The translations under genes were made by a program, and so were the position numbers. Of a stretch of 64,000 bases of DNA, positions 46,094 to 54,576 are shown in pieces (within the stretch, counting starts at the first letter, position 1; every line of letters starts with the position of its first letter). The notes beneath the pieces were generated by a model, which ran no database searches, was not told where the DNA came from, and saw nothing but the letters and a program-made list of their open reading frames with translations. The stretch covers positions 2,886 to 66,885 of the forward strand of contig JANLHI010000030.1 in the NCBI GenBank assembly GCA_024654525.1, written 5' to 3'. This DNA is from Patescibacteria group bacterium. Lineage in GTDB: Bacteria > Patescibacteriota > Minisyncoccia > UBA6257 > 2-01-FULL-56-20.

Positions 46094-47715
46094 TTATCGG
46101 AGTATTTATTGGCTACCTCGGCCTTTTGGGAAGGTTGTATGATCTTCAGCTTGTACGCGGAGGCCAATTTCTTGCGCGAGCGCAATCTCAATATCGCGCT
46201 GCATTGTCGCTCGATGCTCCGCGCGGGCTCATTTACTTTACCGATAAGGATGGTGCACATGTTCCGGTCGCATTAAATGAAGACTATCCTTTAATATTTG
46301 CGGTTCCGAAGGTAATTGAGGATGCGGACGAAGCGGCGCATATGCTTGCAAGAGTGGTTAATATTCCCGTTGATGAACTTTTTAAGAAATTTTCTAATAA
46401 AGATAGCTTATATGTATTGCTTGATAAACGTGCCGATGCGGAAATGGTCAATGCGATTCAGGCACTTAATCTTGCCGGTGTATATGTCGATTTTGCGCCG
46501 GGACGACTGTATCCGAATGGTGCAATGGCGGCGCACGTGCTGGGCTTTGTAAGTCCCGATGATGACGGGCGTGAAGCGCATGGAAGATATGGAGTTGAAA
46601 AGCAATATGACGATGTTTTGCGGGGCATTGCGGGTGTTGTAGATGGAAAAAATTTTTCTGAACCGGAAGCGGGAAACAATATAATACTCACGATTGACCC
46701 GACTCTTCAGCTTGAAGCGGAAAGAGTTTTGAAAGACATTATTGCTGAATATCGTGCGCCCGGTGGGAGTGTTATAGTGGGAGATCCCAATACCGGAAAA
46801 ATTCTTGCAATGGGAAGTTATCCTTCGTTTAACCCCAGTACCTACGGATCTTCTCCGCTTTCGAATTTTCCGAATCCTTTACTTGAGATGATATACGAGC
46901 CGGGATCGGTGCTTAAAGTGGTTACTATGGCGGGTGCGATAGATGCGGGAAAAATTACTCCCGATACGATATATTTCGATCATGGGAAGATTTCCATGAA
47001 CGGATATACTATCAAGAATTTTGATTATGATGTGCGCGGTGGACATGGAGAAGTCTCTATGACGTATGTTATAGAGCATTCGCTCAATACTGGTGCGGTG
47101 TTCGCGCAACAACAGCTTGGGAATGCTTCCTTCCTTTCGTATCTCCAGCGATTTGGACTTGGGGACAAGACGGGAATTACGCTTCCCGGAGAGGTAAGGG
47201 GAAGTTTAAGACCTTTGGAGCAGAGAAGTGTCCGGGATATTGCATTTGCCACTGCGTCGTACGGGCAGGGAATCGCGGTGACTCCGATTGAACTTATTCA
47301 GGCGGTTGGTGCGATTGCAAACGGAGGGAAGTTGATGAAGCCGTTTATTGATGCGAATAAAAGTCCGGAAATTGTACGTCGTGTAGTGAGTGAGGATGCC
47401 GCAAAACAAGTAACACAAATGATGATTTCGGGTATTGATAGGGCGGGAGTTGCGAAGATAAGCGGATATTCTCTTGCAGGAAAAACGGGAACAGCTTTTG
47501 TTCCTGATTTTAAGAATGGAGGTTATACAGAGAACGTAGTCAATACCTATGTGGGATTTGGTCCCGCAAGTAACCCTCGATTTATAATTTTATTGAAATT
47601 GAACCAGCCTCCGGATGCGCCTCTTGCCGGATATTCGGTGGTTCCGGCATTTCGGAATCTTGCTCAATTTATTCTTAATTATTATAATATCCCGCCGGAC
47701 AGGATTTCCGAATAA
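46069..47715 (+). CDS. ftsI: Peptidoglycan D,D-transpeptidase (FtsI/PBP family)
   Basis: PBP dimerisation domain plus a transpeptidase domain with SVLK (SxxK) and KTGT motifs. Confidence 0.8.
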   Translation: MAIRFWLVIIGVFIGYLGLLGRLYDLQLVRGGQFLARAQSQYRAALSLDAPRGLIYFTDKDGAHVPVALNEDYPLIFAVPKVIEDADEAAHMLARVVNIPVDELFKKFSNKDSLYVLLDKRADAEMVNAIQALNLAGVYVDFAPGRLYPNGAMAAHVLGFVSPDDDGREAHGRYGVEKQYDDVLRGIAGVVDGKNFSEPEAGNNIILTIDPTLQLEAERVLKDIIAEYRAPGGSVIVGDPNTGKILAMGSYPSFNPSTYGSSPLSNFPNPLLEMIYEPGSVLKVVTMAGAIDAGKITPDTIYFDHGKISMNGYTIKNFDYDVRGGHGEVSMTYVIEHSLNTGAVFAQQQLGNASFLSYLQRFGLGDKTGITLPGEVRGSLRPLEQRSVRDIAFATASYGQGIAVTPIELIQAVGAIANGGKLMKPFIDANKSPEIVRRVVSEDAAKQVTQMMISGIDRAGVAKISGYSLAGKTGTAFVPDFKNGGYTENVVNTYVGFGPASNPRFIILLKLNQPPDAPLAGYSVVPAFRNLAQFILNYYNIPPDRISE

Positions 47716-47746
47716 AGGATATGACTACAGTAGTAATTGATTATCA

Positions 47747-49057
47747 ATGAGAATTTATTTGCGAAATATTTTACGCGGGAGTTTGGCGCTACTTGCACGT
47801 CTTACGATATGGCGTTTTAGTCCGGGTGTGGTGGGAGTTACGGGAAGTGTAGGGAAAACATCTGCTAAAATCGCAATCGCTGCCGTGCTTAGAAGTGGAA
47901 GGCGTGTGCGTGCGGCGCGAGGAAACCTTAATAATGATTTTGGACTCCCCCTTACTATTCTTGGAGATTGGTCTGAGCGTGATGCGGTATTGGTGAGCAG
48001 AGAGGGTTCGAGGGGGCATTTGTTTCGCAAATCGTGGTTTTGGTGCAGGGTATTGTGCGGGAGTGTAGTAAGGCTTATTTTCTATCCAAAAAAGTCTTAT
48101 CCGGAAATTTTGGTTTTGGAATATGGTGCTGATAAGCCGGGAGATATTAAATATCTCCTTTCTATTGCGCGTCCGAGTGTGGCGGTAATCACCGCGGTGG
48201 GAACTATTCCGGTACATGTGGAATTTTATTCCGGGCAGGAAGAAGTCGCTCGTGAAAAGGCGCGGCTTATTGAAGCGCTTCCCGCGGCGGGATTTGCCGT
48301 TTTAAACCATGATGACAATACGGTTATGCGTCTTCAGGAGAGAACGCGCGCGCATGTTACAACCTTCGGTTTTGAAAAAGGATCGGAAGTCATTTTGACT
48401 CGCTTTGAACATCGCATTATAGACGGTCGTCCCGTAGGAGTATCGTTCAAGATTGAGCATATTAAGAGCTTTGTACCTGTACGAATAGACGGGGTATTTG
48501 GTAGGGCGCATGCGTATGCGGCCGGTGCGGCAACGGCGGTTGGTTTGATTTTCGGAATGAACCTTGTTGCCATCTCGGAATCTTTGCAGCACTATGTTTC
48601 TGCGCCGGGAAGAATGGATTTGAAAAAATCGGTTCGCGACTCGTATCTTCTTAATGATTCTTATAACGCAAGTCCGCTTTCCATGCGTGCGGCGCTTGCA
48701 ACGTTACGCGATCTTCCGGGTAAGCGGAAAATTGCGATTCTTGGTGATATGCTTGAGGTAGGAAAATATGCGATTGATGCGCATAGAGAGGTGGGACGAT
48801 TCGCTGAAAAGTGCGCCGATATTCTTATTACCGTGGGTCCGAGAGGAAAATTTATTGCCGAAGCGGCAATGCGTGCGGGGATGCATCGTGATAAGGTGAT
48901 GAGCTTTGATGAAGCGGAGGAGGTTATTCCTATGATCGACGAAGAGCTTCGCACGGGGGATTTGGTTTTAGTGAAGGGGTCGCATGCAATGCTTCTTGAC
49001 CAGATTGCTAAGGCGATTGATGTTGAAAATGACATTCCCACCGCTATTCCTGCGTGA
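47747..49057 (+). CDS. murF: Mur ligase, probably UDP-MurNAc-tripeptide--D-Ala-D-Ala ligase
   Basis: GVTGSVGKTS P-loop and Mur ligase middle and C-terminal domains. Confidence 0.7.
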   Translation: MRIYLRNILRGSLALLARLTIWRFSPGVVGVTGSVGKTSAKIAIAAVLRSGRRVRAARGNLNNDFGLPLTILGDWSERDAVLVSREGSRGHLFRKSWFWCRVLCGSVVRLIFYPKKSYPEILVLEYGADKPGDIKYLLSIARPSVAVITAVGTIPVHVEFYSGQEEVAREKARLIEALPAAGFAVLNHDDNTVMRLQERTRAHVTTFGFEKGSEVILTRFEHRIIDGRPVGVSFKIEHIKSFVPVRIDGVFGRAHAYAAGAATAVGLIFGMNLVAISESLQHYVSAPGRMDLKKSVRDSYLLNDSYNASPLSMRAALATLRDLPGKRKIAILGDMLEVGKYAIDAHREVGRFAEKCADILITVGPRGKFIAEAAMRAGMHRDKVMSFDEAEEVIPMIDEELRTGDLVLVKGSHAMLLDQIAKAIDVENDIPTAIPA

Positions 49058-49164
49058 TAATGGTTGCGCTAATATAGGGCGAAAAATGTCGATTTTAAGA
49101 TGTATTTGTCGGTCTCTCGTTTGTTTCGTGTCGAAATTACGCTATTATTACTTTTGTTTGAATA

Positions 49165-49237
49165 GGCCCCATCGTCTAGTGGCCTAGGACACTGCGTTCT
49201 CAGCGCAGGAACAGGGGTTCGATTCCCCTTGGGGCTA
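49165..49237 (+). tRNA. tRNA-Glu(CTC)
   Basis: D-arm GTCTAGTGGCCTAGGAC, anticodon loop TTCTCAG, T-arm AGGGG-TTCGATT-CCCCT. Confidence 0.75.
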
Positions 49238-49242
49238 CACAT

Positions 49243-50475
49243 ATGTTGAAATATCTCATAGCTTTTGGAGGTGTCGTTGCGGTTATCATCCTTGTAATAA
49301 ATACTCAGGTTCCGTTTTCGAGTGTTGTGAATGAACCTAGTGTAGTGGTGGCGACAAGCACTGTTGTTCTCACACCTGAAACGACAAGTACTGAAAAAGT
49401 TATTGTGATTCCCGCACCTCACCTTTCTTCATCGACATTAAAAAAAGACAATGTTGTTTCTCCTGTAGTTTTACCACCACAGGAACCTCCGATATCTTCT
49501 GTAGTGTCTCCGGTCGTTGCGGTACCCGTAATTTCTTCTCCTCCTATTACGACTGCAACAAGTTCATTTGAAATTATTGCAACGTCTTCCATTCCGGCAA
49601 TACTGGAAGATGAGGAGAGGGAATTATCCGCAAAAACGATTGTAGGGTTGCTTTGCGTATATACATTTACCAATTCTTCCCTCGCGCAACTCTATGGAGA
49701 AGGGAATGAGGTGATATATGCAAAAGGAAGTGGCGTTATAGTAAATCCGGAAGGATATGTTATCACGGCGCGACATGTAGTGGATCCTGCGTGGTATTTA
49801 TGGGCATATGGGGCGGATTCTGCGGAGGAAACGGAGTTGTACCAAAGCATGAAGTTTTCTCATTGTGAAGTGGGTACACCGACTGTGAGCGAATTGCCTA
49901 CGGTAGACGATATTCGTGTATTCAATCCTCAACTAGAACTTCCCCATCCGTTTCCGTATCTTGCGGAGTTGTATTTTGTCCCGCCGCGCGGGGAAATGAG
50001 TGATCGTGAATATAAAAATATAGACTTCGCGATTTTAAAAATAAACAAACCGCGCAAGGATTGCGAAGTATTTAATCTCTGCACACTTCCCGAGAAATTT
50101 CCATACAGCCCTGTTCTTTATAAAAAGCTTCCTCCGCTTCAATCCGAAGTGTTGAATTTCGGTTACCCGGTGGAATTGATAAACAGCTCCGGTGGCGCAT
50201 TTACTAACTTTTTTCTGAAAGGAGCAGTGGGGATTCTTGATGGAATAGTGGAAGGGGATAAAGCGTTTATTAGTACGCCGATTTATATTCGATGGCGTGC
50301 GGATGATGTGTTGCCGGGACGGTCTGGGTCCCCGATATTTCTTGATGGATATGTGATAGGAATCGAATATGCGGGACTTACCGCGAATGTTACCGAAAAT
50401 TTTGGAGTGAGTGTGATAGGTATACAGCGTGTGTTGGAATTGAGCGGTCTTGGAAATTTACTTTCAACGGAGTAG
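49243..50475 (+). CDS. Secreted or membrane-anchored trypsin-like serine protease (S1 family)
   Basis: TM helix, a V/P/S/T-rich linker, His ITARHVV, and Ser GRSGSPIF (GDSGGP-like). Confidence 0.6.
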   Translation: MLKYLIAFGGVVAVIILVINTQVPFSSVVNEPSVVVATSTVVLTPETTSTEKVIVIPAPHLSSSTLKKDNVVSPVVLPPQEPPISSVVSPVVAVPVISSPPITTATSSFEIIATSSIPAILEDEERELSAKTIVGLLCVYTFTNSSLAQLYGEGNEVIYAKGSGVIVNPEGYVITARHVVDPAWYLWAYGADSAEETELYQSMKFSHCEVGTPTVSELPTVDDIRVFNPQLELPHPFPYLAELYFVPPRGEMSDREYKNIDFAILKINKPRKDCEVFNLCTLPEKFPYSPVLYKKLPPLQSEVLNFGYPVELINSSGGAFTNFFLKGAVGILDGIVEGDKAFISTPIYIRWRADDVLPGRSGSPIFLDGYVIGIEYAGLTANVTENFGVSVIGIQRVLELSGLGNLLSTE

Positions 50476-50499
50476 GACTCGGTATGCTAAAATCCTTGT

Positions 50500-51258
50500 A
50501 TGGAGGCGAAAAAACTTATTGTCGGCAATTGGAAAATGAATCCCGCTACTTTGAAGGAGGCGGAGGAACTTGCGAGAAGGACTGATGCGGATTCTAAGAG
50601 GTTGAAAAACGTCGAAGTGGTGGTTGCACCTCCATTTCCTTTTTTGACGGATGTTCGTCGTATGGCAAAAAATATAAAGCTTGCGGCGCAGGATGTTTCA
50701 TGGGAGGAGCAGGGGGCGTTTACGGGAGAAGTTTCTCCCACAATGCTTTTAAATCTGAACGTGGAATACGTCATTGTGGGACATTCGGAACGCCGTGCTA
50801 TGGGAGAAGGCGACGAGGTAATAAATAAAAAATGCAGTGCCGCGCGTAGGCACGGACTCAATGTGATTCTTTGCGTAGGAGAATCCATTGATATTCGGAG
50901 AAAGGGATTTGGTGCGGCAAAAAAATTTGTAGAGAAGCAAATCCTTGAAGGATTAAAGGGAATTGAAAAAGGGAAAGACGGAAACGAAGGAGAGGTTGTT
51001 ATTGCGTATGAGCCACTTTGGGCAGTGGGAACCGGAACCGCAGATTCTCCTGATGATGCGGTAATAATGATTTGTTTCATAAAATCAATTCTCGATTCAA
51101 TACTCCGCACTTCCCATTCCCGTGTTTTATATGGTGGTTCTGTTACTCCCGAAAATGCGCGGGGGTTTTTAGAAAATGGAGAAATCGATGGTGCGCTTAT
51201 AGGCCGCATAAGCCTGAAATTCGAAGCATTTGGCAAGATTTTGAAGATTTTGGGGTAG
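50500..51258 (+). CDS. tpiA: Triosephosphate isomerase
   Basis: Motifs VGNWKMN, VGHSERR and AYEPLWAVGTG. Confidence 0.9.
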   Translation: MEAKKLIVGNWKMNPATLKEAEELARRTDADSKRLKNVEVVVAPPFPFLTDVRRMAKNIKLAAQDVSWEEQGAFTGEVSPTMLLNLNVEYVIVGHSERRAMGEGDEVINKKCSAARRHGLNVILCVGESIDIRRKGFGAAKKFVEKQILEGLKGIEKGKDGNEGEVVIAYEPLWAVGTGTADSPDDAVIMICFIKSILDSILRTSHSRVLYGGSVTPENARGFLENGEIDGALIGRISLKFEAFGKILKILG

Positions 51259-51326
51259 TGTGGTAGTATGCTTCCAATTAAAGGTCAATGTGTTCGTAAA
51301 TTAATCGTTACTCATTATTACTTAAT

Positions 51327-52094
51327 ATGCACGATACAAAGTTGAAGAGTTATTTTTGGTTTTTACTTGATGTGTTATTGCTTGTGTTTATCGTATGCGC
51401 GTTGTTTTACGCAATTCCGGCAATACGGAAGTTTGGAAAGTCGTTTTCACCTGCGCGGACAATAGTGGTTTCCGCAGAGGGTAAAACAATCGCAGTACCC
51501 GACATTGCGGAGCTCTCTTTCTCGGTAGTGTCGCAGGGGAAAAATCCCAGCGATCTTTCGGAAAGTAATAGTCAGAAGATGAACGCGGTTGCGGAGTTTG
51601 TGAAAGGAGAGGGGATTGCGGATGAGGATATAAAGACTACCGCGTATTCGCTTTCGCCAAGTTATCGGCATGATTATTCCACGCAAAGGAATTTCATTAC
51701 CGGGTACTCGTTGACACAGACGCTTACTATTAAGGTTCGCGAATTGGACAAGGTTGCGAACATTATCGCAGGACTTACTCCGCTTGGCGTGAACCAGATC
51801 GGAGGTGTAAATTTTACGGTTGAAGATCCCGAAAGATATCTGAGTGATGCGCGAAAAAATGCGTTCGAAAAAGTTCAAATAAAAGCTCGTGAGATTGCCG
51901 AAGATGCCGGAGTATTGCTTGGAGATGTTGTGAATGCTTCGGAATATCAGAATTACCCTCCTGTCCCGTATTTAATGTCTGCAAGCGCCGAAGCTCTTGG
52001 GCGCGGAGGATCGAGTGCTCCGACGGTACCGACGATTGAACCGGGGACAACCGAAGTAACGTTGAACGTTTCGGTTACGTACGAAATTCGCTAA
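51327..52094 (+). CDS. SIMPL domain protein (DUF541, YggE-like)
   Basis: Signal anchor and SIMPL motifs (...GYSLTQTLTIKV...GVNQIGGVNF). Confidence 0.7.
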   Translation: MHDTKLKSYFWFLLDVLLLVFIVCALFYAIPAIRKFGKSFSPARTIVVSAEGKTIAVPDIAELSFSVVSQGKNPSDLSESNSQKMNAVAEFVKGEGIADEDIKTTAYSLSPSYRHDYSTQRNFITGYSLTQTLTIKVRELDKVANIIAGLTPLGVNQIGGVNFTVEDPERYLSDARKNAFEKVQIKAREIAEDAGVLLGDVVNASEYQNYPPVPYLMSASAEALGRGGSSAPTVPTIEPGTTEVTLNVSVTYEIR

Positions 52095-52104
52095 ACAGGT
52101 ACGA

Positions 52105-52761
52105 ATGATACGAAAGGATTTTGTAATCGTAACAAGTATTGGTGTCGCGATTGGTATATTGGCGCAACCCATACTTACTAATGTAGTACCCGTAATAACT
52201 CCCGCTCTGCGAGCGGGAGTTATTATTGGATGCACGGTATTTTCGCCATTTGCGCTTTTTGTTGCTTATTTTTTGGGGTTGCGTGTCCCCGCGCTTTACC
52301 AATTTGCAAAATTTGGCGCGGTCGGAACGCTTAATACGCTTATCAGTTTTGGGCTCTTGAATCTGCAATCACTCGTTTTCCATGTTACGTCGGGAATGCT
52401 GATACCGGTGTTTGCAACCGTGGCATTTGTCGGAGCGACAACGAATAGTTTTTTTTGGAATAAATTTTGGACATTTGGATCTCGGGAAAATGCGCATACG
52501 GGAGAAGCATTTAAATTTTATCTTGTTTCGTTTATTGGGTGGGGTGTCAATGTGAGTACGGTTTCTTTTGTGGTGAATGTTATTCCCCATTCAGGCATTT
52601 CCCCTGAAATATGGTTGAATGTCGGAGGTCTTTGCGGCGTTGCCGCATCGTTCCTTCTGAATTTCTTAGGGTACAAATTTTGGGTATTTAAGAATCACTC
52701 ATCAGTACCTGTTACCCTTAAGAAAAAAACACCGGAGGTGGCACAAATCCTAGGCGAGTGA
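52105..52761 (+). CDS. GtrA-like membrane protein
   Basis: FAKFGAVGTLNTLISFGLLN is GtrA-family, with four TM helices. Confidence 0.5.
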   Translation: MIRKDFVIVTSIGVAIGILAQPILTNVVPVITPALRAGVIIGCTVFSPFALFVAYFLGLRVPALYQFAKFGAVGTLNTLISFGLLNLQSLVFHVTSGMLIPVFATVAFVGATTNSFFWNKFWTFGSRENAHTGEAFKFYLVSFIGWGVNVSTVSFVVNVIPHSGISPEIWLNVGGLCGVAASFLLNFLGYKFWVFKNHSSVPVTLKKKTPEVAQILGE

Positions 52762-52839
52762 ATGGTTTATCGAGGGAGTTGACCCTGGTAGTGAAACTGG
52801 GAATAAAAACTCTTAGGTGCTTGTAGTGTTATTGTCGAC

Positions 52840-52972
52840 TTGACTTTCTATACTTATTTCTGCTATAATGCTAGCGAATGAGTGTGAGTATGCCTTAACG
52901 ACGATATCGATTAAGGTATGCGCTATCCAACTGTTTGACCCCGCCCCTCGCAAGAGGGGCGGGGTTTTTTAT
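52840..52972 (+). ncRNA. Candidate small RNA: a consensus promoter followed by a ~97-nt transcript and a strong intrinsic terminator
   Basis: The promoter is TTGACT-18-TATAAT (52840-52869). The terminator is ccccgcccctc-gcaa-gaggggcgggg followed by tttttt (52939-52970). The only ORF here starts inside the -10 box. Confidence 0.35.
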
Positions 52973-53034
52973 TATCATTGCGGATTATCCCCTGGCAGAA
53001 GAAGGTTTTTAATTAGTAGTCTCTTTGCTATGAT

Positions 53035-53178
53035 ATGTAGGGAACGGCTGGAGAGCTTGTGGCCATCTCAAGGGTCGCAAGCGAGCACTCATTCAATATC
53101 AAACAGAATTGGAGGTCACCACTTGCGACCCTTTAGGTGGCTTTTCCCGAAAGGGTGCCCACCGGCCGTTCCAGAGTT
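53035..53178 (+). ncRNA. GC-rich structured element upstream of murB (unknown ncRNA or leader)
   Basis: Long-range pair gggaacggctgg/ccggccgttcc, a perfect 10-bp stem gggtcgcaag/cttgcgaccc, and a GAAA-loop hairpin cccgaaaggg. The GC content is far above the local background. Confidence 0.3.
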
Positions 53179-54111
53179 ATGATCCGATTTCAAGAAAATG
53201 TTTCTCTTGCCGGGTGTGTGGCATACAAGATCGGCGGCCATGCCCGGTATTTTTTTAATGCGAATACAGTCGAAGGTCTTTTTGGCGCGCTTAAATTTGC
53301 AAAGGAGAAAAAAATAAAAATATTTATACTGGGAGAAGGGACTAATCTTTTAGTTGGAGACAAGGGGTTTAAAGGGCTTGTGATTCATCCGGATTTTAAG
53401 GACATCGCTTCACGTGGGGCGTTTGTCGAAGTTGGCGCGGGAATATCCATGAAGGAATTAGTTTCTTTTGCGATAACGCGCGGATTGTCTGGTCTCGAAT
53501 GGGCGGGAGGACTTCCCGGATCTGTCGGAGGTGCGATTCGGGGGAATGCGGGCGCATTCGGAGGGGAGATAAAGGATTCCGTTATTGCGGTAAAAAGTGT
53601 GGATACCGTTGCTATCAAGGAAAAATTTTATTCCAATAGTATGTGCAAATTTGGGTATAGGTCGAGTATTTTTAAATTAAAAAAAGAAAAAGATATTGTG
53701 ATAAGTGTGATATTTAAACTTAAAAAAGGGAATATGAAAGTGATTCGGAAGGCAACTATGGAAAGAATAATACATCGGAAGAAGAAGCATCCTTTAGAAT
53801 TTCCGAATGTAGGGAGTATTTTTAAAAATGTCGATGTAAAAAAAGTTTCAAAGGCGTTGCGTGTTCAGTTTGCGCATGTGATTAAGAAGGATCCATTTCC
53901 CGTAATTCCCGCGGCGTGTCTTATTTCCGAGGCGGGAATGAAGGGTGTTCGTGTTGGTGATGCGGAGATTTCCACAAAACATCCGAACTTTATAATAAAT
54001 AAAAAAAAGGCAACCGCTGATGACGTAAAAAAGCTTATTGCCTGCGTAACGCGTGCAGTAGATAAGAAATTTAATGTGGTGCTGGAAGCCGAAGTTCAGA
54101 TACTGGATTAG
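53179..54111 (+). CDS. murB: UDP-N-acetylenolpyruvoylglucosamine reductase
   Basis: FAD-binding region GGHARYF...ILGEGTNLL and a MurB C-terminal domain. The start is the internal Met (MIRFQEN). Confidence 0.8.
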   Translation: MIRFQENVSLAGCVAYKIGGHARYFFNANTVEGLFGALKFAKEKKIKIFILGEGTNLLVGDKGFKGLVIHPDFKDIASRGAFVEVGAGISMKELVSFAITRGLSGLEWAGGLPGSVGGAIRGNAGAFGGEIKDSVIAVKSVDTVAIKEKFYSNSMCKFGYRSSIFKLKKEKDIVISVIFKLKKGNMKVIRKATMERIIHRKKKHPLEFPNVGSIFKNVDVKKVSKALRVQFAHVIKKDPFPVIPAACLISEAGMKGVRVGDAEISTKHPNFIINKKKATADDVKKLIACVTRAVDKKFNVVLEAEVQILD

Positions 54112-54181
54112 AGCAATAAGGACTGGGTGGATGCATAAGAGACCTTTTTCTCTACTGGAAAAGGAGTGATATACTGTAAGT

Positions 54182-54529
54182 ATGAATCTTAATTTTAAAG
54201 CAGTCGGGTTTGAATGGACTCCCGCATTGGAGACGTTTGTCCAAAAAAAGTTGTCGACATTGGAAAAGTTTGTGAAACGGTTCGATACGGAGGGGGGAGT
54301 TGAGTTGCGTGTAGAGATATCAAAGACCACACATCATCATAAAAAAGGGGAGATATTTCGTGCTGTCGCAAATCTTCACTTGCCAAAACAATTGCTTCGC
54401 GCGGAAGAGAGTGCGGAGGATTTGAGGGTTGCAATTGATCGTTTGCACCATATTATGGAGCTTGAAATTACGAAATATAAAACACGATTTATTGAAAGAC
54501 CGAGAAAGACTGTACCTCGTAAAAAATAG
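54182..54529 (+). CDS. hpf: Ribosome hibernation promoting factor (RaiA/HPF family)
   Basis: MNLNFKAVGFEWTPALETFVQKKL matches the S30AE signature. Confidence 0.8.
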   Translation: MNLNFKAVGFEWTPALETFVQKKLSTLEKFVKRFDTEGGVELRVEISKTTHHHKKGEIFRAVANLHLPKQLLRAEESAEDLRVAIDRLHHIMELEITKYKTRFIERPRKTVPRKK

Positions 54530-54576
54530 AATTTTACCATTTGCATTTTCTTTACCCCTCATTCGTTGCCTGAAAC

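Noticed and set aside
50487-51236. 249-aa minus-strand ORF
   Set aside because: It is fully antisense to tpiA, which has all TIM motifs. Its translation is S/P/A-rich and of low complexity.
52868-53182. 104-aa ORF MLANECEYAL...
   Set aside because: Its ATG lies within the -10 box of a consensus promoter, and it reads through a strong intrinsic terminator and a GC-rich structured region. The region is more likely non-coding RNA.
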